Assembly: GCA_051294375.1 (NCBI GenBank)
Contig: CM119265.1
Location: forward strand, 21,824,278-21,888,277
Reading direction: 5' to 3'
DNA: 64,000 nt
Origin: Paraspadella gotoi
Lineage: Eukaryota; Animalia; Chaetognatha
The notes below the pieces were generated by a model that had not been told where the DNA came from, ran no database searches, and worked only from the letters and a program-made list of their open reading frames with translations. Shown piece after piece: positions 1 to 13,826 of the stretch. The stretch's first letter is position 1. Every line of letters begins with the position of its first letter. The position numbers were made by a program, and so were the translations under genes.

Positions 1-2009
1 ACTGACATTGACAGCGCCCCTGAAATGTCAAAGAACTGATGTAAATTTCGGTCTGAAACGTTCCTCTGCGCCTTCCTTTTTCTCCAACTGCTGGCGAGTC
101 AAAAAATTACGACGTATTGGATCCGCGGGAAAAGGGCATAAGGATCTAGGTTTTCTTGCTTGACGGGAATTCCGAAAACATTTCGACTCGAATTCTTGGT
201 CGCGATCGATCCGGGAGGTTGTGGTTGTAGAAATGGAGGGGGGGAGGTGGAGAAGAGAGTTCTCGAGAGCAAACGGAGCGGACGATCGTTCAACTCGAAT
301 TCCTGAAGGCCAATCGAAAAGCCGAGAAGGCCACTAAAGCTTCGAAAGAAACGAGGACGAGTTTGAATCACGACCGAAAAATTCTTACTCATGCTTACAA
401 TTAAACGCTTCGTTTAAAGAGTTACCCAATAAAGTGTTTAGTTCCAGACCCTTAAATTACTTCTTGAAGATATGAAGAGAGAATTAAAAATATAAGTGTA
501 ACTGTAAGGTTTTATTTTATTTTAAAACGTGCTTGTCCATCAACAAAAGAATAACCAATCAAGAACTCTCGGTCCCACGCCGGCCAATATTTTCTCTCTC
601 GAACGTCCTACACCGAAAAACGCGATGGATCCGGCCGGCCCTCGTCGTCGGGACGGACTAATCCAATTCGAAGCTTCGACTCAGTCGCCCAACTGCAGAA
701 ACTTTTCGAGTAAAAAGAGACGAGGATTTGGTTGGATATAAAGAAATAAGTAAACGTCTGGCCGGAGTCTCTGGGCTCCCCTAATTACTTTTTATTCGAA
801 GGAATTTCCCAGTATCCGCAAAGATCTGAGGAATCAAATTTTTGCTTTATCCAAAGTTTTATTTAAAATATGAAAACAATTTCTCATTGACTCATACAGA
901 TTTTGGGATCGAAAAATCGATCCGTGATAATGAGTCAACATGATTTCGCGAAATATTACGTAGCGCGCCTTTCTCGTGTTTCTCGGAAATTCTCTGGCGA
1001 TGACGAGGAAAGGGAAGGGATGGTTCTAGTTATTGTTGTGACTGCCGAAGTTGGCTTCATTTACAAATTAATTTATCATTATGATTATCCTTATGTCGCG
1101 AGCTCGGACAAAGATGATGACTGGAAATTTCATAACATTAATGTTCCAAATTTATTAAAAACGACTTTATTGCTATAAACAGATGAAATATACAATCAAT
1201 CAAAGTCGAAGGGCGAAACTTTTCAACGTAATGTCATAGAAAATAGGAAGTATAATAATAAATTATGTCTAAATCTGAACTGAGCTACAAATTTTTCAAA
1301 CCCCTAAGTATAAAATGTTACTAATTAAGTTAAAAAAATTCAGATTTGTAACTCAGTAACCGTAGTAAACTAACATTTTGGTCCTTTGATGCTCAAAACG
1401 TTCAGGCATCAGTAGAACGTAATATTTGTTTAAGTACACAAATTCTCAATATGAGAAACATTCAGCAAGCACTCATTGAGTAAATGGGCTATAGTTGTAG
1501 AATGAAAAAATATGATCTGGGAGACTTCCTCAGCGATATATTAATGTAACGCCCAATTACTTTTTTTTCACAAAATGATCAAAAAGTCACTGTTTGATTG
1601 AAAACAATCATTTCAAGACATGATTCAAAAAGATATGAATGGCGATGAGGAATGCTTAGTAAAAAAATGCTTATAAAAACATTAAGAGAAAGTGATAAAG
1701 AGAGATCTGTTCGCTAATTTAGTTCCCAGAGTCCCATATAAATATTTTTATCATTTCCTAGGACTACTATTTTAATATAAAAAGAGATTCGGCTAAGAGG
1801 GACGTTTTTTTCCGTATTTCATACCAGTAGAATTAGAATATGATAACCTTCGCAACCACACTCAATGATAAGCTCGTATAAACTGGTTAAAAAGTCATAA
1901 CACATCACTTCTACGGCTACATGATTGCACTATCAGCATTGTGTAGCACCAACAGCGACCGGAAAGGGAAATGGAGGGGGGGGACGGGAATTATGCTACA
2001 CAAGAGGGG

Positions 2010-3533
2010 TCAAACGGACATGGCGAGTAAGCTCGGTCGCGACAGCACGTCAAAGCTCTCCTTGATGAGCGCCGAGCATATCGTGACGCTGCTGTCGGCG
2101 CCGATCGTTCCTGTCTGCTGCTGAAGAGGTTGCTGATGTTGAACTTGCTGCTGACCCACCGAAGTTGCGGCGGCGGCTGCGGCGAGAGTTTTCAGTTGCT
2201 GCTGCTGGGCGGCGAGCCCCGAGAATCCCGACGAGAATCTGGAGACGAGCGAAGAGATTTGAGCCCCGCTCTCCGCTTCGTCTTTGGTGCCTTCCGAGTC
2301 GCACGTTTTTCGTTGAAATGGGGAAGTGGCGCCGACAACCACCACCGCTTCCTCGGGCGTCACCACGCACTTGAGCGGCGTCAACATCGACGCCAAGTTA
2401 CGGGGAGACGTGGCGTCGTGCTCGGTCAGCCTGGCGCCGGTGATTGAGTGGACGGAAGGAACGACGAGCTGCGCGGATTGAAAGTCTTCGACGGCGAGCA
2501 CGGAAGAGGGGATAGAGAGAACGGGAAGAGGGTGGATATGGGGGGCGGGTTCCGAGATCGAGGCGACGTCGTGTCGCTCGAAACGTTCGTGAGCTTGGAC
2601 GTTTTCCGCGGATGAGTTAGCGGCGACGCGAGAGTAATATCCGCACTCGTAAGTGGAATCGAGTCTTAAACGTTTGTCGTGCTGAGCGTCAGTTTCCATA
2701 GAGACTTCCAACTCTACGTCGTCGTCTTCATCCTCCGACGGCATGCGGCGCCGCTTCAACGACGCCGTCCAAGAAGACGCGTCTCCGAACGGCGTCATGT
2801 GATCTATCGTCGGGCCGACGGCGTCCTCGACCCCCTGGGAGACTTGATGACACGGGTGACGGTTGAGGTCCGGGTGGTGATGGCAGGAGGAAGCGTCGGC
2901 GGGCAAGAGGATGGCTTCGCTCACATCCGGTCCCGGATGAAGAGAAGGGTCGTTGTAGACGGAGACGAGGACGGAGCGGGGATCGATTCTCTCGGCGAAG
3001 GCGTCGATGGATTGATGGGCGTCGTCTTCCTCGTCCTCCTCCATGGAATCGCCGCTGGATGAAGATGACGAGTCGTCGTCTTCGGCGGAGAAGGACAAGC
3101 CATGAAAGTCGCCACCGACAGAGGCGTCCTCGAGCATCGGGGTCGAATCGGACAAACGAGCGGCGCCGTCGGGCAGAAAGTGCTGGAGAAGGTTTTGAGG
3201 GGGAACTTGAGAAGGAGGTTGGAGGGAAGAATCGTCTTCGATCTCATCCAGGAATTCCTCGTCGACCGGAGCCTGGTTATCGTCTTCCTCCTGACTTCCT
3301 TCGTCTTCTTCTTTCGCGTCCTCGTCGTCATCCTCCTCGTCCACTTCCTCCGGTTCGTCTTCTTGGTCGAGTTCGTCGACGGACTTTTGCCTCTGGATAA
3401 AGACGCGTTTGGCTTTGTGCAAAACGTTCGAGACGAGAAGGTTCTTGCACAGGTCGGGACCGCCCCGTCGACTGCGGGACCCTTGGATCTTGCGGATTGA
3501 GAGGGAGATGATGTGATGAGCGTCCACCGTCAT
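2010..3533 (-). CDS. IER5L: Immediate early response (IER2/IER5/IER5L family) protein, intronless, 507 aa
   Basis: N-terminus MTVDAHHIISLSIRKIQGSRSRRGGPDLCKNLLVSNVLHKAK matches the IER family N-terminal motif (A.RI..LS..K...SR.QRGG..L..NLL.S.V...AR). C-terminal QISSLVSRFSSGFSGL resembles the IER5/IER5L (N/S)LI..FGSGFSGL motif. Acidic low-complexity middle; single exon like vertebrate IERs. Paralog assignment is family level only. Confidence 0.85.
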   Translation of the reverse strand: MTVDAHHIISLSIRKIQGSRSRRGGPDLCKNLLVSNVLHKAKRVFIQRQKSVDELDQEDEPEEVDEEDDDEDAKEEDEGSQEEDDNQAPVDEEFLDEIEDDSSLQPPSQVPPQNLLQHFLPDGAARLSDSTPMLEDASVGGDFHGLSFSAEDDDSSSSSSGDSMEEDEEDDAHQSIDAFAERIDPRSVLVSVYNDPSLHPGPDVSEAILLPADASSCHHHPDLNRHPCHQVSQGVEDAVGPTIDHMTPFGDASSWTASLKRRRMPSEDEDDDVELEVSMETDAQHDKRLRLDSTYECGYYSRVAANSSAENVQAHERFERHDVASISEPAPHIHPLPVLSIPSSVLAVEDFQSAQLVVPSVHSITGARLTEHDATSPRNLASMLTPLKCVVTPEEAVVVVGATSPFQRKTCDSEGTKDEAESGAQISSLVSRFSSGFSGLAAQQQQLKTLAAAAAATSVGQQQVQHQQPLQQQTGTIGADSSVTICSALIKESFDVLSRPSLLAMSV

Positions 3534-3847
3534 GGTGATATTTTCTTTCTTTGGTTATGCGAGGGACTGTAAATGAGAAAAGGTTTTTGTTTGCGGATGT
3601 TGCCCAACGGTGGTGAGGATGAAATGTTTTGAAATACGAATACGCCGCGGAGTAATGTTTTATTTCTCTCGATTTCGAAAAAAGCGCCGCCGATGAGTTC
3701 GACAAAAGGGATAAACATACAATAAAATACAAAAGCTGCAATTCGTTGGGTGGACGAAGGAGCGACGGAAAGAACGAGAGAAATAAAGGAGAGTGAGAAA
3801 GAGAGGAGAGAGAGAGAAAAAATATGCAGAAGGACGCATGCAGGCGA

Positions 3848-4092
3848 TGCGTCATTCAAGGGTTCACACTCTGACGTCATTAAACAAACGCTACTAAAGC
3901 TGCAGCTCGCGATTCACGATGTTGATTGGTTCTTTATTTAAGGCTAGCACCAGTCTCCACACAAAAGCCGATTTTTTTCTAATTCGTTGGAGGCTTCCTG
4001 TCGAGCACGCTGATTGGCTAGCTTTCGAAAAAAAGATAACCCGTTATTATTAACGTTGCGAGCTGCAGATCAGGAATTCTCCGTTCATTGGT
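3848..4092. promoter_or_regulatory. Divergent IER/TMEM35 promoter region with palindromic CRE and CCAAT boxes
   Basis: Perfect TGACGTCA at 3872-3879, a TGCGTCA variant at 3848-3854, and ATTGG (CCAAT) at about 3925, 4013 and 4088, all upstream of the IER ATG. Confidence 0.55.
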
Positions 4093-4719
4093 CGAAAGGA
4101 ATTCCCAAATGACGAAAAAAAATTCGTAGTTTACTTTTTACCCGCTGGAGGCAGTCTATACGAAATATGAGCTACGGACAAAGGCCCTTCAATCGGAGGT
4201 TGTGCCTTCTGTCGAGGGAAATAATTTAAAATAAAGTAATTCTGACTAGACAGATTTTAAATGAAAATGTGTATGTGTGCTTTCCTATTACTCCCATTTA
4301 GGGCATGAAATAAAAAAAATGTGGTTAAGATAGTGAAATGAATCTAAGTAGAAAGGTGCCGCTCGTTTTCGCTGAGCAGTGTGCACGACTGCACGTTGCC
4401 TGCCAGCGCTAGCGTCGCTTCTGTGAGAAAATTGTTATGGAAACAGAAGAACGACTGTGGAAGAAATCTATGATGTTGCCATTGGCTCGGAAATCAGATG
4501 AAGAAAGGCTACCGAGCTAAATTGAACACTATTAAACCAAATGTAAACAACGCTACTTCCGCTGATCTCGAATACCATATCAATTACGTATTCCAACTGG
4601 AAATATAATTTTACCATCTAGTATTATAGTTGCTATAAAAACCAGAAAAATTGTAAGATTTTATTATCTATGCAATAATCATCTGTGATCTCGCACTTCA
4701 TTTTACCTCTAAACTCAAA

Positions 4720-5631
4720 ATGGCATCTAACTTAATAGTGACGTCTTTATCACTCACTATTGGTAAGTTCTTACTTGAGGCTAATAATTAATTTAACCAA
4801 TAACTTATCTCTTTTCGTTGATGGTTTCCGCAGGATTTTTTTTTATTTTCGTTGGTTTGTTAAAACTCACTCCTCAAATTAACGAGGACGCTCACCGAGA
4901 AGTACGCAAACAGTTTGTTCAGTTCTCCAAGGTAAAGAGTTTCAAAGAACGGAAAGCGTCAACTTGCAACTTAAGATCAAATGGTTGGATTAAAAGATTA
5001 AATTCTTTAATGATTAAAGATAGCAGAACAATGGCTTATTTTCAAACTTATCAATAGTGCGACAACGAATAAACTAATAACTATATGAACTTTTTCGAGC
5101 GACCCATATTCACCATCCATTATTTAAGACAAATTTATTACTTCAATAGTTTTCTTTACGAGTCTGAACGTATTAAAAGTGAAGGTCGAAAGCATAGTGA
5201 AACGATATCAATCATAATTAAAAATAATAATATTTGAGTTATTTGTCCAAGGTCTTTCCCGCTTCTAAATTGACGGGTTTCAAGCCTAAGCCGACGATGT
5301 ACAGGAAAGTCGTAGGCTGGTTGGAGATCTTTTGCGGAGCCGTTCTCATTTTGATTCCTGGCCCACTAAAAGTAAAAATCTTTTGAAAATACATTAAAAA
5401 AAACAAGAAAAAAAAATGAATTAATTGTTTTCTTTCCCACAGCAAGTGGCGAATCTCATCCTCTTGCTTCAGTGTCTGACGACGATGTACATCCAGTGGC
5501 GCCTGGAGGAGCGGCTTGACCGTCTCGCCCCCTCTCTAGTGTTCTCCATGCTACTCGTCTGCAGATTCGTCGTCCACTTCCAAGCAGCCGCGAGAGAAAC
5601 CAGGTTGTCGGCCTCGAAGAAACGAGAATGA
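4720..5631 (+). CDS. TMEM35A: TMEM35/NACHO nicotinic acetylcholine receptor chaperone homolog, 4 exons (4720-4762, 4834-4931, 5252-5371, 5443-5631)
   Basis: Manual GT-AG splicing gives MASNLIVTSLSLTIGFFFIFVGLLKLTPQINEDAHREVRKQFVQFSKVFPASKLTGFKPKPTMYRKVVGWLEIFCGAVLILIPGPLKQVANLILLL...LVFSMLLVCRF. This is colinear with TMEM35A motifs G.FF.F.G..KLTP, G.LE..CG....LVPG..K.VAN and LVF..LL.CR. Only fragments appear in the ORF track. Confidence 0.9.
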
Positions 5632-7516
5632 CAGGGGTTGTGGAGGAGCCAACGCATTTGTTTCTTTAATCGTGCGTCAAAATTAGGCGAAAACGTCGCT
5701 CTGCTACTAAATATATTGAAAAGAGACAGTTCAATTCATTTCAATGCAGTCACGCGGGTAAATTAGAATACGTAATACCGAATACGATATCCTACACAAA
5801 ATAAAAACGAAAAATATTGTAAGACCGTATATTCAAAGACTAGTTTTTAAACCATACACGTATAATAAATTATAATATTATGCCAAAACTGAGTCATGTT
5901 AATTAATAATTTAACGGTAGTTTAATATATGCTCTTAAATCTATTTGCTCGTGCACTGCCTCATTTTAGTAGGTGGTATTACTGTTTGAATCTCAATTAC
6001 TTTGGCATTACCAAGAATGTTCTTTTTTACGTCTGTAAATCGATTGCAAATAATAGTTGATACTCAGAATACTATGCTGAAAATTAAAAAAGTCAATTGT
6101 CAATTGCTAATTTTGTTATTTTTGAATTCTAAAGAGCTTTTTTGTTTTTCTAAAACGCTAAAACCAATCGCAATAAAATTCACGTCATTTTGAGCATTTG
6201 ACTCCAATAACTTTGTTCAAAGAAAATACAAATTTCTTTTTCCTTGCATTATTTAATATCGGGTTATCAAAATCAATGTAAAATGTTTATTAATATTTTT
6301 CAACGAGATTTAGAGTAAACCGGACGGACACATGAGCATTGCTCATTGAGCATAAACAGACAATTTAGTATTTACATTCTTAAATGAAAGAATTTTAAAC
6401 CATCTTTTTTCAAAGAATAAGCGCATGATTTTTTGAGCAATCAGGTATACACATATCAAAACCTTCATAAAGCATCACGTCAGTTGAAAGAGTCTTAACT
6501 ATTACTAATAATTTTATTAATGTTATAATCTGAACTAATTATTTTCTACTAATCTATTATTTACTCATTGTGAGGGAGTAGTAATTTAAAAAAAAATTTA
6601 TGACATGGTGCCGAAACGCACATAGGAATGTATTCAGCATCAACATGCGGATAAGGTAGCCGTTAATAAAGAAAAACCTACTAAATTGCTTTAAGTAAAT
6701 AACTTTATTTAAGCGCTTTTAAAATGAAAACTAGTTTGAGCAATTTAAAGACTACTTCGTAAATTTGACTTAATCATAGCGCTATAAGTCATTGAAGAAA
6801 GTTTCGGGTAATTAATAAATAAATATGCGCTCATGTTTTAACTATGAATATCAATATGAGAGATATTTAACTGTAATGACAAAAATGGTAACATGACACA
6901 CTCATAAAAACGGTTGTTTGACAGGGACTGGCGTGGTGGTAGAATGTTTAAATGGACTTTATTAAGAAATTTGTTCTGACCTAATGAGACTTTTGAGACA
7001 ATTTATAGAAACGTAGATTAAAAAGTAAGAAGTTAAAAAAGAATATAAAAAAAAATACGGGTCAAAGATAAATAGAATTAATGAGAGAAAGAAATCGGGT
7101 AGAATGACGCTGATTTTATTCGTCATGCTCCTGAAGACAAAATTTTTAAAAAGCTGCAACCCGGAGCGCCGCGTGAGAAAATAAAGAATTTTTAAGTCGC
7201 TGCATTCAATTCAAGTTTTTGAGGTGAAGACTGAGGATGAGTCGGCGGAATCTCGACAAGGAGTTTCGGGTTGGTTCGCCGGAGTCGCGGAGGAGAATCA
7301 AAGAGAATGTTGAGGATGCGACGCGTATGCCGACGATGACGAAGACGATGTGGGCGACGTGAGAAAAAGAAAAACTCGTAAGGTATCACAAGGTTTGCGT
7401 CTCTTAAGGGACGGGATGACAGGGGGCGTGGGGGAAGGGAAGGAAACGAGGGTGAAGGGTGGGGGAAGGGAAGGGGAAAGAGAGAGACACTTCCGCTCGC
7501 TCTCTCTCTCTCTCCC

Positions 7517-7744
7517 TCATATGAGTCTCTCCTCGGGCGGAGGCTTCATCATCATAGTGCCCATCTCGACTCGGGATCCGATGATCTCTTGATTGGAAGG
7601 AGAGTAAGTTCCTCGGTTGGCCCGCTTGGTTTTGGCCGACCTGCAGCAGAAGACGAGGATGATGATGAGGACGATGACGACGACGGCGACGCAGACGCCG
7701 ACGATGATCTCGATCTCCGTCTCCGTCACTTTCGTCGTCGGGAT
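7517..7744 (-). CDS. crb: Crumbs terminal exon: TM segment and cytoplasmic tail
   Basis: [63 protein letters not shown], the diagnostic Crumbs intracellular domain. Confidence 0.95.
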   Translation of the reverse strand: MPTTKVTETEIEIIVGVCVAVVVIVLIIILVFCCRSAKTKRANRGTYSPSNQEIIGSRVEMGTMMMKPPPEERLI

Positions 7745-10700
7745 CTAGAGTAAAGTTGGGGTTGGGTAGATGGTTGGGGTCGGGTCAGGTTATTTCGTCC
7801 CGCGATATTGTTAATTGCCCACCGCTACAACTAGAGGGATTTGTAAGGTCAAAAAATTGTATAATCGGAAGCCAGGTTTTTCCCAATTATACATAATTTT
7901 TATACATTGATTTCTTTTTTTTTAAATCCACAACCACCAACATAAAAATTATCGCACACCAAAGGCTCGATTGTTCAAAATCAGAATTTGTTTTTATTTT
8001 TTATTTTTTTTATAATCGGGAACAAAATTTCATTGTCGTTAAATTTTTTTTCTTTGGAGGTATGAGTTCTGCAAAACACCTGACCTGTGTAAATCAAAAT
8101 TAAGAGATGTATTTTGAAAGTGAAAAAAATCATTTAAAAATTCAGGGTCTTTCTTCCTAAATAATCGCTTACTTCCACTTGGCAAAGAAATCCTTTGAAT
8201 CCCTCGGTGCAATTGCAATGGATTCCAGAGAGACTTCCGACCGCGCCTTCCCAAATCGGAGTGCATACCCCGCCGTTCTTGCATATGGTTTCGTTGCACC
8301 GATTACGGACCTTGCACCTGCGGAAATGAACGATGATAGCGTGTGAATATCGCAGCCAAATCTTTTCGATTAAAAATAACACTTATTCCACCATTCTTAC
8401 CTATCTCCTCCCCATTGGTCGCCGCAATGGCATCGGAACCCACCGTCCGAATTAACGCAGCTGTTGTTGCCGATGTCAGCGACAACGTTGCACGACGAGT
8501 CGTCGGCACACTCGTCGACGTCCTCGTGGCATCTGTCCCCGGTCCATCCGGCGGAACAGGTGCAATTGTACCCGTTGACTGCGTCGCGACAGGTGCCGTT
8601 GTGGAGGCAAGGATTGATGGCGCAATCGTCGATGTCGACGGTGCAGTTCTGGTCCGTGTAACCTTGGTGGGGGAGAGCGAGGGGATAGTGAAGAAAGATT
8701 AAAAAAAGAAAGGAAGAAAGAAAGACAGGAAAGAAAGGAAAGAAAGGAAAGAAAGGAAAGAAAGGAAAGAAAGAAAAGAAAGGAAAGAAAGAAAATAAAG
8801 AAAAGAAAGAAAGAAAGGAAAGAAAGAAAAAAGAAAGAAAGGCAATCTATCAATCAATCAAACATTCAACCAACCAGCCATCTTCTTCATCTTACCCGGA
8901 TCGCATTGACAACTGTATCTAGTATTGTCGGGATCATTGATGCATTTTCCGTGGACGCATGGATTTCCAAGGCAGTAATCGATGGGCGTGTCACAATTCT
9001 TCCCTTTGTATCCAGGGAGACAACTGCAAACGTAGTCACTTGTTCCTGATATGGAAATAAAAACGGTCGGTTACACGAACTTGATTTGTTTAATTTAGTA
9101 AGTTTTACAAAACTTCAGCTTAAAAATAATATTCCTAATACAACGGGAATAAAAGAAAGAAGTAACTCACGTAAGGAAAACTCACCGTTGAGAGAGTTAC
9201 ATTTGTCCGAGTGTTGTTTGTCACACGGATTCGTGTCTTCGTGACACACGTGTTTGATTTCGCATTTTTCGCCTGAGAAATAAAAACACAAACGCAAAAT
9301 AGCAAAATAGTGAAATAATAAAATTGTCGTGATCGACGCTTCAGTACTGTCGTCAGATTTTCATGCAAGGCTCAAGGGCCGCAGGCTCTCTGTAAGAGTA
9401 CGACCGCATTTACGCAGACGACTGAGTTAGCGAAGTATATCTACCCTCAGAACGTTTACATTGTATAGGGTCAACTTTTATAAAAACAAACAAACAAATT
9501 ATGAATAAGCACGAACGTCCGATCTTGTAGTAATCCCGAGTAAAAATTTCAAACTTATGAAACGAAAACAAAAGAACATGCTCGTAAAAGTGATAAGTCT
9601 AAAACGGAAGTAGTAGTAAACAAGGGAGAGAACAAAACTCGTGCCGCTATCTATGGCTACGTCTAGGATGAAAAGTCTAGATTCGACGACCGGAAGCGGT
9701 GGGCGCGGCGCGTCCCCCGGGCGACGGCTACGTTACCTCCGTAAAACTGGCCGACCCCCGCGCAATCGCAAAACCACGAAGAATCCCCCGACCCTTCATC
9801 GCGCGATACGCGACACTCTGCGCCGTTGGCGCAACGAATCAAGTCGCAATCCGCAGTCTCGCAATCGTTGCCTTCATAGCCTTCCTTGCAGATGCACTCG
9901 TAGGAACCGGGAGAGTTTTTGCAGAGAGAGTCGTGTTTGCACACGTTCTGATCGCATTCGTTTATCTCATGCTCGCATCGGGGGCCTGGCACGAACCGGA
10001 CCCGAGCCGGTACGAGGGTGGAAAAAGAGGCGTGGAACCCGGGAACCGATTCGAAGATGGATTTCGCGACGCGATATTGGATTTTTCGTGCGTGCACAGG
10101 GAGTGGACCGTGGGTTTGTTTATATTCGTATTTTGATTTTTTTTTAAAAATGTGCGGTGATTTCGGGAAATCAATTTGGTGGGGGATCGTGTTTTCGATT
10201 CGGGGTTCAGATTTCGATCGAAAAGGGGGAAAAAATTTGTGCGGAGGACGAAAAAAAAAATTTTGGATTGGAATGAGGAAGGAAAAATGTGGACTTTGAT
10301 TCTAGGTCCTAATATCTATAAGTGTTTGTATGAACCGATTGATTATTAATATTTAACTAACACCGAAGAGTAAAAACACTTTCATCCTTAATATTAGGTT
10401 TTTAAACAAAAAGTATATTTTATATATTTTTTTAAAGCACCGGATACTCACCCGTGTATCCGGTGTAACTACAGTCGCAGTCGAATCCGCCATCTTTGTC
10501 GAGACATTTTCCGGTTCCGCAGATTCCAGGACTTTCGTGGCACTCGTCGATGTCTGTGCTGCATTTGGATCCGCGCCAACCTGGGAAACATAGTTGACTT
10601 TTGTTATTACATTAGCTTTATTTTTGGCCAAAATTCAACGCTAATTTATGTTATCATGTCAAGTAAACAGAAGCAAACGACATTAAAAATGTTTTCTCAT

Positions 10701-12989
10701 GTCCCATACAACATATTAGCAAAGCAAACAGCCAATCTCTCCGTGGCAAAACGATTCGCTCCTTCAAGTTCAAGCACGCCAAATTTCTCCTCAAGGCATA
10801 CCCGGTTTGCAGAAGCAGGTATGCCCGACGACGATTTCATTCCCTGCATCGTTCCTCCACTTGTTGTCGACGCAAGAGTCTTCGCCGGCTCCACAGGCGC
10901 CAGGCGCCGCGCAGGTCTCCACCTGGCAGATGACGCCCTCGAATCCCTTGGGACAAGAGCAGGAGAAGCGCAGGTTGGAGTCGGTAGAGTTGGTCGTCGC
11001 CGCCGTCGTCTTACAGGTGCCTTGGTTGAGGCAGGGCTTGGGGTCGCACTTGGTCGGCACCTGTGGAAGGGAGAGGGGGGAAGAGGGCGTGTCGAGGAAG
11101 GGATTTTGGAGGGGGGCGGGAGTTGAGGAGACAGATGGAGTGGGTCGCAGAGAGTCGGCGTTGGAGAAAAAAGTGAAAAAAAAAAGGCTAATTGGTTCAA
11201 ATATTTTTGACTGAACTCTCTCGAGAGAGTGGCTGCTCTTTATGTTAAACTATTATTAAAATGTACATATACCGTTTTCTTTTTTTACCTCGTATTTTTT
11301 AACCTGTTGCGCCTAGAACGTGATATCCCGCATATTTCGTTATATTTTCAATTAACTCGAAACTTTTCTAGTTTTTACTGCTTTTGAACAGGCGAGCATT
11401 TTAGATATTTTATAATATTAATTCATACTAAGATGATTTGTTATGATTGGGATTAGATTTAAATGCGTATTGAAGACAATGACTAAACCCACTACCCTAA
11501 ATGTAAATATCATACTTACAGGAGTAGTACAATTGCAAGGACCTGCAGTACTTGCATTTACAATCTAATAAAATTGCAAGATTTACGGTTAGATGGATAA
11601 GGAAATGTTAAAAATAGTATAATGCAAAATCATTCGAGTTATTATTAGTTCAAATAGCACTAATTTTCGCCATGTTTTTGCTACTTCTTACCGGGATGCT
11701 GCAATCTTTTCCGATGTAGTCCTGGGGACAATCGCAATGAAAAGCGCCGTTGCCGATGTCGGTGCAGTTGCCGCCGTGGTGACATGGGACGGGGTCACAG
11801 GGATTTACGGCCGCCGCGCACCTGTCCGTCAAAAAAAAAAAACAATTTAACTCTTTAAATTAAACATAAAACATTCACGAAGGAAGTCATTTTGAATTTT
11901 AGTTCAAGGTTTTTGATTTCAAGTAAATTAAACTTAAGCAATTTTAGATTGGAAGCATTTTTAACTAAACGAGAATTACCTTGTAAATAACAAAAACGTT
12001 AAAACATACGTCACGCGTCGCCCACTCATTTTTATTCCGATCTTAAATGTCATTTAATACGTCACAAATGTCGTAATTTTCTGGTGAGTATTAGTCGAGG
12101 AAAAGTTCGGCGAAATTGGGACTTAGATTTCTTCATTTTTATAAGTAAATTGTTTTGATTATTTTTGGAGTTTTTAATCCATCGCGTGTTCGAAGACGAA
12201 GCGACGCGTCCAATTTAAACTTGGTTCTTAATGACTGATTAACGAAGAATACATGCTAGCGTCTCGGGTAATGAAAAATGAGAATTGGGCCGATTTGTTT
12301 GGTCTTCATTTTTATTTTTATCATTTTTTTTAGTGGGGGGTTCGTTTTGTAAATGAAATTGTTGTCGAAGGGAAACAGCAAGGATCGGTTCACCAACTGA
12401 TTTTTGGGAGGGGGGGGAACAAAAAATTAAGTATCGCTTTAAAAAAATTTAAAAAAATCTATAGAAATTACTTTATATTCTTTAACAGTAGAATTGTCGT
12501 GTAAATATTTTACATGTATAACTTGCCAACAAAGTTTAGAAAATCCCCAAAATATAATTTACACTCATAAACATGAAATTTCAATGCTTAGAGATTATCC
12601 TACTTCAAATTTTTTTTTAATGCAAATTGATTATTTTAATCAGAATTTTCATTCTCAACACAATTTTTTTAAAAAACAAATTTGAAAGAAGTTCCGTTTA
12701 AAAGTTGAAAAGAAAAGAAAATAAGGTTTGCTTTCGACATTTTCGATCCCCGTTGCAGGATCATCACGTGAGCTTTGACCGATCGGGTGATGAATCGATG
12801 GGTCAGTGAGGAAGTGAAGTCCGAGTGAAACGATCTCAAAGACAAGTCGAAGGAGAAATTGAGGAGTTCGGGGAAAGTTTTGTTGTGGAGAAAGGAAAAA
12901 AAGAAGAAGGGAGACAAGAAGAGAGAAACGGAGAAGAAGAGAGAGAGAGGAGAGAGAGGAGAGAGAAGAGAAGAGAGAGAGAGAGAAGA

Positions 12990-13023
<34 letters not shown>

Positions 13024-13409
13024 GGAGAGAATAGAGAGATCATTCTTGTCATTGTTTTTTTTTTTCAAGAATGATGATTGACGAAAACGTAAAAATCAAG
13101 CAAAGTAAAACAAAGTTTGGTCTCTAATTCAGCTCATCAGGTACTTTCAGTATATTTTTGTCACTATATATAATTATATATTGCCTAAGGATTTCAGTGA
13201 CTATATTATTTTATAAATCATTTCGTTAAATTAAAAATATTGGGATGAATTATTGTTTTTTTTTTTTTGGGTGGATATTGAGGTCGCTTTGTTGAGATCA
13301 AAAAAGATGCCGAATTTTGAAAGTTGATGATAGCGAGAGGTTTGTTCTCTGCCTAAAAATATGAAAACACAGTTGGAACCTGGAACTGCTCGATTAAAGG
13401 AGAGAAAGT

Positions 13410-13461
<52 letters not shown>

Positions 13462-13754
13462 AAGAGAGAGAGAGAGAGGAGAGTGAGAGAGAGATATTCT
13501 CCCCTCACACCAAGCTGCAAGGAAGTGGAGAAAACAAACAGCAAAAAGCGATTCCAAAACATCGCCGCAGGCACAGAAAACCAGAGATTAAGGAGAGCAG
13601 TTAATTTGAAATTGAATTGTGCCACTCTCGATTGTTGACTCTTACGATCGCACGACGACGCGACGACGACGACCACTGGGGAATTTCCGCCAAATTGAAA
13701 GAATAACTTTCCAAAATACTCGTTTCGTTCAAAGTCCCGCAAAACAGCACCGGG

Positions 13755-13826
<72 letters not shown>

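Noticed and set aside
99-1178. Short ORFs downstream of the IER gene, and a TGACATT/AATGTCA inverted repeat at 3-30
   Set aside because: No recognisable motif or exon chain; the hairpin is cut by the window edge.
6331-6353. Palindrome ATGAGCA-T-TGCTCAT and scattered TGAGC motifs; similar ACTAATGC repeats at 25518-25690
   Set aside because: Too short; at most decayed transposon ends.
9325-9455. Possible intronic C/D snoRNA or hairpin
   Set aside because: Box C is not canonical and terminal pairing is weak; cannot be supported without a covariance search.
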